This document shows, in pieces, positions 1-6,013 of a DNA stretch of 20,000 nucleotides (positions are counted from its first letter, which is position 1; every line of letters begins with the position of its first letter). The position numbers and the translations under genes are program-made. The DNA comes from an uncultured virus (IMG/VR IMGVR_UViG_3300042453_001749). Lineage: Duplodnaviria; Heunggongvirae; Uroviricota; Caudoviricetes. The stretch lies in the IMG/VR virus record IMGVR_UViG_3300042453_001749; one strand, 5' to 3'. A model generated the notes under the pieces. That model did no database searches, was not told the origin of the DNA, and saw nothing but the letters and a program-made list of their open reading frames with translations.

Positions 1-606
1 CAGAAAAAACAAGAGGAACAGGCAGATAAGAACAGGAGTTTACCTAATAGTACTCCCCCACCTCAAGTGCCTCAAGTTTTTCAAACTCCCCCCACTCAAG
101 CGCCTATTGCTGAAATACCAGCAGATAAACCTCAACCAACCTTTACAGTTCTTGGTGCAGATATTAATCTACCTGATCCTTCTCTTGTTGCTACGGCTGG
201 TGCTGTCGCAGTAGTAACTACTGCCGCTACGATAGCGTCTACAACTGTTCTTAATGCATTAAAGAACGCAGCAGAACCAATCATTAAAGAAGCAACTAAA
301 AATAAATTTAAAATCAAAATCAAACAAGTTAAACCTGTTTTACACTATGTCTTAGCAGAAGAAGGGCACGTTGATATTTTTGAATATTCTGAAAATGGGA
401 CAAAACTTGTAGAACAAGTTACTAATGTAGAGCAATATATTCGGGATCAAGTTGAGATTAATGCTCTTTACGAAATAGACAATAAGATTATTATTGATGA
501 TATTATCAAAGATAAGTTTACAAAAGAGGGCAAAGAAAGATTTAAATCTCTCTTTGCCCCCGCTAAAAAAATTGCTAAAAAATTGTCTGCTAAATTATCT
601 ATCTGA
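1..606 (+). CDS. Partial (5'-truncated) hypothetical membrane-anchored phage protein
   Basis: Frame is open from base 1 (CAG AAA AAA CAA...), so the true start is upstream of the window. Gln/Pro-rich linker, then an Ala/Thr/Val hydrophobic stretch (LVATAGAVAVVTTAATIASTTVL) and a basic C-terminal region. Stop overlaps the convergent ORF at 595-732. Confidence 0.8.
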   Translation, partial: QKKQEEQADKNRSLPNSTPPPQVPQVFQTPPTQAPIAEIPADKPQPTFTVLGADINLPDPSLVATAGAVAVVTTAATIASTTVLNALKNAAEPIIKEATKNKFKIKIKQVKPVLHYVLAEEGHVDIFEYSENGTKLVEQVTNVEQYIRDQVEINALYEIDNKIIIDDIIKDKFTKEGKERFKSLFAPAKKIAKKLSAKLSI

Positions 607-732
607 TGTGAATTGTGTAATAATCCACCCAATTACTAAGACTGGTAATTGAATTGAAACGTTGTAAAGAATTTCAAGAAAGATATTATCTTTCTCTTCC
701 TTACGCTTTTCTTTTACTGGTGCAGCAGTCAT
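595..732 (-). CDS. 45-aa small membrane protein (MTAAPVKEKRKEEKDNIFLEILYNVSIQLPVLVIGWIITQFTSDR)
   Basis: Translated by hand; not in the ORF track. ATG overlaps the nuclease stop (ATGA coupling at 729-732); charged N-terminus followed by a hydrophobic segment. Confidence 0.6.
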   Translation of the reverse strand: MTAAPVKEKRKEEKDNIFLEILYNVSIQLPVLVIGWIITQFTSDR

Positions 733-1163
733 TTTTGCCTCCTAGATTCCAATAAAGCAAAGTCCTTTTTCTTTGTACCACCATCATATTCCCAAGCATA
801 ACCTTCATCAATCATTTGTTGATTGATGGATTTCTTTTTATTCACTGCTGATACTTCTTTGTCCCCAATAAAAAGATGTCCCAGAATTCTTCCGTATTTT
901 TCGGTCGAATCTGGGAGTTCTGTTTTTACAATAATATCAGTCTGACCTTCTAATTTCTTTTTAAGCCACTCTTTAACTTCAAGACCAAGTTTCTTTTCAT
1001 ACGCATTAGTTGTTCTGCTCTCTGGGGTATCGACACCAGCAAGACGAATTCGCTTAGTAAGGGAGATATCAAAACCCAAATCAATATCAGCGTCAATAGT
1101 GTCGCCATCTACTACCTTATGAACTGAACGTATTCTATAGATGTATGGATCTTTGTCTGACAT
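729..1163 (-). CDS. Staphylococcal nuclease (thermonuclease/SNase)-family protein
   Basis: Family motifs VVDGDTI, RIRLAGVDTPE, EKYGRILG and INQQMIDEGYAWEY. No signal peptide. Confidence 0.9.
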   Translation of the reverse strand: MSDKDPYIYRIRSVHKVVDGDTIDADIDLGFDISLTKRIRLAGVDTPESRTTNAYEKKLGLEVKEWLKKKLEGQTDIIVKTELPDSTEKYGRILGHLFIGDKEVSAVNKKKSINQQMIDEGYAWEYDGGTKKKDFALLESRRQK

Positions 1164-1166
1164 TCT

Positions 1167-1376
1167 TCAGAATAGTTTAAACTTCTCAGTATTTAGTTTA
1201 GGAATAGGTAGTTTTTCAAATGCTTTATTAACTTGTTTTTCAACAACAGCACCAACAAACTCTTCTGGATTATTCAGAATATTCTGTGCCTTTTGATAAG
1301 TCACATAAGCACCATAACAAAGTGCTCCACTAATCGCTAGACTTGTTGCTGATAGAATGAGTGCTAGGTTCTTCAT
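1167..1376 (-). CDS. Hypothetical protein with N-terminal transmembrane/signal anchor, 69 aa
   Basis: MKN + hydrophobic helix, then an amphipathic helix; packed within the operon. Confidence 0.75.
   Translation of the reverse strand: MKNLALILSATSLAISGALCYGAYVTYQKAQNILNNPEEFVGAVVEKQVNKAFEKLPIPKLNTEKFKLF
1190..1196 (-). promoter_or_regulatory. Putative T4-type late promoter (CTAAATA) for the nuclease
   Basis: TATTTAG on the + strand, about 27 nt upstream of the ATG at 1163. The same motif sits 20-45 nt before many starts in this window. Confidence 0.5.
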
Positions 1377-1488
1377 CTTGCATCTCCATATATGCTAATC
1401 TTAATATGTAGTAAATGATGTATCCTGTGAACGCAAGTCCGCAAGATAATATTATAACAACTCCCCAGGGAAAATCATTTATGGACAT
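1330..1488 (-). CDS. 52-aa single-pass membrane microprotein (MSINDFPWGVVIILSCGLAFTGYIIYYILRLAYMEMQDEE...)
   Basis: Translated by hand; fills the gap between neighbours, has a clear TM helix and overlaps both flanking ORFs. Confidence 0.55.
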   Translation of the reverse strand: MSINDFPWGVVIILSCGLAFTGYIIYYILRLAYMEMQDEEPSTHSISNKSSD

Positions 1489-1582
1489 ACCAAATACCCA
1501 CAATAGGAAAAATTACTAAACAAAAACAAAGTATCCCTAAAGTTATTGGATTGTTTAATATCCAAACAACAGCATGAGACAT
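1475..1582 (-). CDS. 35-aa membrane microprotein (MSHAVVWILNNPITLGILCFCLVIFPIVGIWYVHK)
   Basis: Translated by hand; TAATG stop/start coupling with the upstream 248-aa gene; one TM helix. Confidence 0.6.
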   Translation of the reverse strand: MSHAVVWILNNPITLGILCFCLVIFPIVGIWYVHK

Positions 1583-2328
1583 TAGTATTTACCCTCCACA
1601 CAATACTCTGATTTTTGATTTGGAGTATATTCTTTGTAACCTTCTTGTGGTTTCATCCATCCGCAACCGATTAACCATTCCATCGTCATTGGTGTTGGAC
1701 GAATCTGTTCCCACAATGGACCTTTCGCACACATTTCTAACTTCTGTGCGGTTACATTTGACTGCTCTTCTGCCCAGTTAGCATCTGCCTCCCAAGGAAC
1801 TGCACGACTTTGCATCATTGATTCATATGCAAGTCTCGTGCTCTTCATTACCCAAGATGGAATCTCAGAATCTTGATGAACCTGAGCCATAAAAGATGTT
1901 TCAATTCCACCACCCATACAGTCTTGGACGACATGCCAACCCTCATGTCTCATTGTTCCCAGAAATTCTCTAGGATCTTTTAAAAGATTTTCATTAACAA
2001 AGAAACGATTATACTTTGGTTTGTAAAGTCCGACTGTTCTTGGAGTAAAGTATCTACTCTGCCCAACATATACAGGGACGTTAACTTTATTCAAAGCAGT
2101 TAAAATACTTTTAATTTCTTCTCTGAATGGATCAAAAGATGCGCTTTTAAGTATATCAGACTCTGGTGTAAGTTGTTCAACCCCTTCTGTACATTCTCTG
2201 AGTATCATACAACCCATCGCTGCTACGCTATATGCGGGAACAGTTGGTTGAGTCTTTTCTAATTTATTTGCATTAACTGGAAATGAAAAGGTTAATGATA
2301 ACCCGATTGCTGTGAGGATCTTTTTCAT
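1582..2328 (-). CDS. Exported zincin-like (HExxH) putative metallopeptidase, 248 aa
   Basis: Sec-type signal peptide MKKILTAIGLSLTFSFPVNA; RHEGWH motif with a downstream WEADA Glu as candidate third ligand; six Cys. Confidence 0.7.
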   Translation of the reverse strand: MKKILTAIGLSLTFSFPVNANKLEKTQPTVPAYSVAAMGCMILRECTEGVEQLTPESDILKSASFDPFREEIKSILTALNKVNVPVYVGQSRYFTPRTVGLYKPKYNRFFVNENLLKDPREFLGTMRHEGWHVVQDCMGGGIETSFMAQVHQDSEIPSWVMKSTRLAYESMMQSRAVPWEADANWAEEQSNVTAQKLEMCAKGPLWEQIRPTPMTMEWLIGCGWMKPQEGYKEYTPNQKSEYCVEGKY

Positions 2329-2525
2329 TCATCCCACCATCCTTCTTGTTTATGAATCCAGACTTTCAAATCTTTTACATACTTTCTCAAGATCTGGGCC
2401 TGTTCTTCATGCCAATAGTCACCCGTCTCCATCCAAAGACGAGTGTGATTGTCTATAGCTTTGAGAATCTGATGGATTGGAGCATTCCAACACTCCCTCT
2501 TTGGAGTGTTCCATTCTCTTGGCAC
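2325..2525 (-). CDS. Hypothetical Trp/His-rich protein, 66 aa
   Basis: GTG start; stop overlaps the next ATG (ATGA at 2325-2328). Confidence 0.65.
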   Translation of the reverse strand: MPREWNTPKRECWNAPIHQILKAIDNHTRLWMETGDYWHEEQAQILRKYVKDLKVWIHKQEGWWDE

Positions 2526-2629
2526 GGTACTACTAGTGAGTGTATTTCGTTATATCTAAAATATTCTAAAGTGCATTGACCAGGATTTGTTTCAATGTAA
2601 CCAACTATCATAAAAGCGATGAACTCCAT
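2453..2629 (-). CDS. 58-aa hypothetical protein (MEFIAFMIVGYIETNPGQCTLEYFRYNEIHSLVVPC...)
   Basis: Translated by hand; TGATG coupling to the Lys-rich ORF; overlaps the downstream ORF by 73 nt, which lowers confidence. Confidence 0.45.
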   Translation of the reverse strand: MEFIAFMIVGYIETNPGQCTLEYFRYNEIHSLVVPCQENGTLQRGSVGMLQSIRFSKL

Positions 2630-2730
2630 CACTTCTTCTTACCACCATTCTTTGCTTTTTTCGCTGTAGCATTACCAGAATTCTGCTTGGCGTTAGCAGA
2701 CTTACTTTTTTTATTTTTGGGTTTGCCCAT
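2629..2730 (-). CDS. 33-aa Lys-rich basic peptide (MGKPKNKKSKSANAKQNSGNATAKKAKNGGKKK)
   Basis: Translated by hand; preceded by CTAAATA (2755-2761, minus strand); stop coupled to the next start. Confidence 0.65.
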   Translation of the reverse strand: MGKPKNKKSKSANAKQNSGNATAKKAKNGGKKK

Positions 2731-3352
2731 TGACTTGCTTAGGAGGTGTCTTTATATTTAGAGATCCAACAGGGTCAATTGTAACAATTTTTGGTGGTTG
2801 TATTATTACATCAGCACAAACACTTGCATATGGACTATTTGGATGAAAGTCGATACCTGATTTTTTTGCTTCACCGCATTTCAATAACCTAACTAATTCA
2901 AAATCGAGACGTGCTTTATCCGCTTCTGCGTTTTGTCTTTTTATTTCTGTTCTTGCTCTTTCTTTACAAAGTTCTTGTAATGAACCATCGAGGGGGAAAT
3001 TAAATCCTAGACTTACACCAAAATTCCCATTATAAGATTGATAAGACTCTGGATCTTGACTCCCATTAAAATTTCCTAATGCAAATGGAGCAACGCTCAT
3101 TGTTGGACCTTGGCAACTAACCCCACCACCATAAGTATTCATTGCATAAGGACCCTGAAGCACCTGAACTGCCTGGTTAGTTACGTTACCAGTCGCAGAT
3201 GCTGAGGGTCCTGCAATATTAGTATTGCTCGGTGCTTGCTGAGCTTTACTTTTTGTCGAACCTGCAAGAGATAGTAATAATATTCCTGTTACTGTGTAAA
3301 GACAGATACCGAGTTTGTAACCGAATTTGTTTCTGTACTGCGATCTATCCAT
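2711..3352 (-). CDS. Exported hypothetical protein with beta-hairpin + coiled coil (half-TolC-like pattern), 213 aa
   Basis: Hydrophobic leader ending SKA|QQ; GPTMSVAPF...NFGVSLGFNFPLDG followed by a long charged helix; four Cys in the mature part. The only in-frame ATG overlaps the upstream gene by 64 nt. Confidence 0.75.
   Translation of the reverse strand: MDRSQYRNKFGYKLGICLYTVTGILLLSLAGSTKSKAQQAPSNTNIAGPSASATGNVTNQAVQVLQGPYAMNTYGGGVSCQGPTMSVAPFALGNFNGSQDPESYQSYNGNFGVSLGFNFPLDGSLQELCKERARTEIKRQNAEADKARLDFELVRLLKCGEAKKSGIDFHPNSPYASVCADVIIQPPKIVTIDPVGSLNIKTPPKQVNGQTQK
2755..2761 (-). promoter_or_regulatory. Putative late promoter (CTAAATA) for the Lys-rich peptide
   Basis: TATTTAG on the + strand, about 25 nt upstream of the ATG at 2730. 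Confidence 0.5.
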
Positions 3353-3648
3353 GTTTCCTTAGCCACTCCTGGGCCGAGATAAGTTTCGCTGAACTGGAAT
3401 GGAGCGCCTTGATTCATAATAGTATAATTGGCTCCAGGTGTTGGATTACCAGGAATATTGATGTTTGTTCCAGTTACAGTGTAAGATGTGCCAGTTGTAT
3501 ATTCAACTTGGCGAATTGTTTCTACAATCTTTGTAGTCGATTCTGTGGTTGCAGTGATTGTTCCTCTAGTAAAATTAGGAACAACTTGTTCAGCTAGGGC
3601 AGGACAAGAAAACCCTAGCAGGAGCAACCCTGCTAGGATACTTTTCAT
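3289..3648 (-). CDS. Exported Thr-rich beta-strand protein, 119 aa
   Basis: Signal peptide MKSILAGLLLLGFSCPALA; ATGA coupling to the upstream gene. Confidence 0.85.
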   Translation of the reverse strand: MKSILAGLLLLGFSCPALAEQVVPNFTRGTITATTESTTKIVETIRQVEYTTGTSYTVTGTNINIPGNPTPGANYTIMNQGAPFQFSETYLGPGVAKETWIDRSTETNSVTNSVSVFTQ

Positions 3649-4106
3649 TTGAATACGCTCAATTCAACGCTACGTTGTGCTGTTGCTGTAGTACCAGGAC
3701 CACCAGCAGTAACAGTAGGAACACCTGTAGGTGATAATGTACCAGCGAGAGAACCTTTGTCTCCTGCTAACTGAGTAACACTATCCCCATAAAGGTTGGG
3801 AGAAGCAATAACTCCACCAGAGACCGACTGAGTGGTGACGATTGAATCAGCAGCATTGAAACTTTCTGAGAAAGTAAATGCTTGACCTGCCGTATTAATA
3901 TCGTAAGTTCCAGCGCCACTTACACCACCGAATGAAGTTGCTTGAATATTTGTACCTGAGGCAGAATATGATGCCCCAATTCTTGTTGACTGAACCGCCG
4001 CGCCCTGTACACCTAATTGAACAGAATCAGTAATTCTTGATGTAATTTCAGCAGCACTTACAGGAGTGATAAAGAATAACGAAAAGGCTAAAAGAAGTCT
4101 TTTCAT
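3645..4106 (-). CDS. Exported Ser/Thr/Gly-rich beta-strand protein, 153 aa
   Basis: Signal peptide MKRLLLAFSLFFITPVSA; first gene of the minus-strand operon. Confidence 0.85.
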   Translation of the reverse strand: MKRLLLAFSLFFITPVSAAEITSRITDSVQLGVQGAAVQSTRIGASYSASGTNIQATSFGGVSGAGTYDINTAGQAFTFSESFNAADSIVTTQSVSGGVIASPNLYGDSVTQLAGDKGSLAGTLSPTGVPTVTAGGPGTTATAQRSVELSVFK

Positions 4107-4132
4107 TTTTTCTTAGTAATAAACACTACTAT

Positions 4133-4139
4133 TATTTAG
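4133..4139 (-). promoter_or_regulatory. Putative late promoter (CTAAATA) of the minus-strand operon
   Basis: TATTTAG on the + strand, about 27 nt upstream of the ATG at 4106. Confidence 0.6.
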
Positions 4140-4150
4140 CAAAGTGTCCC

Positions 4151-4174
4151 CACATTGGGGCTCATATTGGGGCT
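4151..4174. repeat. 12-bp tandem repeat CA(C/T)ATTGGGGCT x2
   Basis: CACATTGGGGCT (4151-4162) and CATATTGGGGCT (4163-4174), 11/12 identical, abutting the psbA -35 box. Confidence 0.8.
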
Positions 4175-4207
4175 TGACTCTTACGGCAAACCGTAGTATG
4201 ATAAATA
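4174..4207 (+). promoter_or_regulatory. psbA promoter: sigma70-type with overlapping T4 late box
   Basis: TTGACT (4174-4179), 17-bp spacer, TATGAT (4197-4202); GATAAATA at 4200-4207. Confidence 0.8.
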
Positions 4208-4246
4208 CATCAACAAGTTAAGAACCGTTACAGATTCTTAATGTTG

Positions 4247-4359
4247 ACTTCTCAAACCGAGATCACGAGAAGTAAAGTATCTCTCATATCCCCGCTGAGG
4301 GTGCGGGGAACATAGTAACTCCACCATTTCCCCGATGGTCTTACTACCTTTTAAAACAA
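4247..4359 (+). ncRNA. PhotoRC-II-like structured psbA 5' leader
   Basis: Stems ACTTCTC/GAGAAGT (4247-4253/4267-4273), TCCCCGC/GCGGGGA with TGAGGGT loop (4289-4309), and AGTAA..ACCAT/ATGGT..TTACT with TTCCCCG loop (4314-4345). PhotoRC-II is the known cyanophage psbA leader motif; the match was made by eye. Confidence 0.7.
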
Positions 4360-5439
4360 ATGACTGCTACAATTGCTCAACAACGTTCCACAAATACCTG
4401 GAACCAATTCTGTGAGTGGGTTACTTCCACTAACAACCGTATCTATGTTGGTTGGTTCGGAGTCCTTATGATTCCTTGCCTTCTTGCTGCTACGACTTGC
4501 TTCATTATCGCATTCGTCGGTGCTCCTCCTGTGGACATTGACGGCATTCGTGAACCAGTTGCTGGTTCTCTCATGTACGGAAACAACATCATCTCTGGTG
4601 CTGTTGTTCCTTCTTCTAATGCTATTGGACTTCACTTCTATCCTATCTGGGAAGCTGCTTCTCTGGATGAATGGTTGTACAATGGTGGACCTTTCCAACT
4701 TGTTGTTTTCCACTTCCTCATCGGCATCTATGCCTATATGGGTCGTGAGTGGGAATTGTCGTATCGCCTGGGGATGCGCCCCTGGATTTGTGTTGCATAT
4801 TCCGCACCCGTTGCTGCCGCTTCTGCAGTATTCTTGGTCTATCCTTTCGGACAAGGATCGTTCTCTGATGCTATGCCTCTCGGTATTTCGGGCACGTTTA
4901 ACTACATGCTCGTCTTCCAAGCAGAACATAACATTCTTATGCATCCCTTCCATATGCTTGGAGTTGCGGGAGTATTTGGCGGATCACTCTTCAGTGCAAT
5001 GCACGGTTCTTTGGTCACTTCATCTTTAGTTCGTGAAACTACTGAAACCGAATCTCAGAACTATGGTTATAAGTTCGGTCAAGAAGAAGAGACCTACAAC
5101 ATTGTTGCTGCTCATGGTTATTTTGGTCGCCTTATTTTTCAATATGCTTCGTTCAATAACTCCCGTTCGCTGCACTTCTTCCTTGCTGCCTGGCCTGTTG
5201 TAGGTATCTGGTTCACCGCTCTTGGTGTGAGCACTATGGCTTTTAATCTCAACGGTCTGAATTTCAATCAGAGTATCCTGGACAGTCAGGGTCGTGTGCT
5301 CAATACTTGGGCAGATGTCCTGAATCGTGCTGGACTCGGAATGGAAGTGATGCATGAGAGAAATGCACATAATTTTCCTTTGGACCTCGCTGCTGCCGAA
5401 GCAACTCCTGTTGCCTTGACTGCTCCTGCGATTGGTTGA
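4360..5439 (+). CDS. psbA: Photosystem II reaction centre protein D1 (intronless)
   Basis: Unambiguous D1 sequence ([42 protein letters not shown] + C-terminal extension); Glu130 form. Confidence 0.99.
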   Translation: MTATIAQQRSTNTWNQFCEWVTSTNNRIYVGWFGVLMIPCLLAATTCFIIAFVGAPPVDIDGIREPVAGSLMYGNNIISGAVVPSSNAIGLHFYPIWEAASLDEWLYNGGPFQLVVFHFLIGIYAYMGREWELSYRLGMRPWICVAYSAPVAAASAVFLVYPFGQGSFSDAMPLGISGTFNYMLVFQAEHNILMHPFHMLGVAGVFGGSLFSAMHGSLVTSSLVRETTETESQNYGYKFGQEEETYNIVAAHGYFGRLIFQYASFNNSRSLHFFLAAWPVVGIWFTALGVSTMAFNLNGLNFNQSILDSQGRVLNTWADVLNRAGLGMEVMHERNAHNFPLDLAAAEATPVALTAPAIG

Positions 5440-5460
5440 TAAGTTAGAGTTTTCTAACAG

Positions 5461-5483
5461 AGACCCCGAAAGGGGTCTTTTTT
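5461..5483 (+). terminator. Rho-independent terminator after psbA
   Basis: AGACCCC-GAAA-GGGGTCT followed by a T-run. Confidence 0.9.
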
Positions 5484-5484
5484 A

Positions 5485-5521
5485 TTGCTAAATACTTAAA
5501 GTTATGGTATAATAACTTTAA
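5485..5521 (+). promoter_or_regulatory. Endonuclease promoter region: sigma70-like promoter, late box and 10-bp inverted repeat
   Basis: TTGCTA (5485-5490), 17 bp, TGn-TATAAT (5508-5513); CTAAATA (5488-5494); TTAAAGTTAT/ATAACTTTAA (5496-5505/5512-5521). Confidence 0.7.
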
Positions 5522-5535
5522 CAACTAAACCGATT

Positions 5536-5970
5536 ATGAAAACTTGTAAAATCTGCAACCAGTTAAAGCCACTTACAGAGTTCTATCAAACTGTAAGAAA
5601 CGGTAGTCCATATGGGCATCACGGAAAATGTAAAAAGTGTTATGTGAAAAAACAACAAGAAAATTACGACCCAGTAAAAAAGAGGGATGAAAATTTGAAA
5701 AGAGTTTATGGTATTGGTATTGAGGAATATAATACTCTTTTAGAAAAGCAAGGGTATAAATGTGCTATTTGTAATTCCACTGACCCGAAAGGTAGAAAAT
5801 CTGGTAGAGGTGGTGGAGTAGATGTTTTTTATGTTGACCACAATCATAAAACTGGTGAGGTTCGTGGACTTCTCTGTAATGTCTGCAATAGAACTATTGG
5901 TTATGTAAATGAAGATGTTGAGTTGATTAAGAGTATGATTGATTATGTTAAAAGGCATAGAGGTGAGTAG
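5536..5970 (+). CDS. Free-standing endonuclease VII-family homing endonuclease (F-CphI-like)
   Basis: N-terminal CxxC..CxxC; C-terminal YGI..Y..LLEKQ..CAIC..VDHNHKTGEVRGLLCNVCNRTIG EndoVII core. Position between psbA and psbD mirrors F-CphI of cyanophage S-PM2; more AT-rich than its flanks. Confidence 0.9.
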   Translation: MKTCKICNQLKPLTEFYQTVRNGSPYGHHGKCKKCYVKKQQENYDPVKKRDENLKRVYGIGIEEYNTLLEKQGYKCAICNSTDPKGRKSGRGGGVDVFYVDHNHKTGEVRGLLCNVCNRTIGYVNEDVELIKSMIDYVKRHRGE

Positions 5971-5979
5971 AAATTCCTA

Positions 5980-6013
5980 TTGACCTATTTTGTAAAGTAT
6001 TGTAAACTAAATA
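5980..6013 (+). promoter_or_regulatory. psbD promoter: sigma70-type, late box and embedded HLR1 motif
   Basis: TTGACC (5980-5985), 17 bp, TAAACT (6003-6008); CTAAATA (6007-6013); minus-strand TTTACAAT-AC-TTTACAAA (5989-6006). Confidence 0.75.

Noticed and set aside
2346..3597. Plus-strand ORFs 2346-2579, 2576-2761 and 3232-3597
   Set aside because: Antisense to a tightly coupled minus-strand operon with better-supported genes.
4744..4752. D1 Glu130 (high-light isoform) as a novelty
   Set aside because: A known D1 variant; noted in the feature only.
4351..5370. Long antisense and alternate-frame ORFs over psbA (4351-4953, 4484-5029, 5026-5370)
   Set aside because: Shadow ORFs expected from the codon bias of psbA; no RBS, promoter or recognisable protein features.
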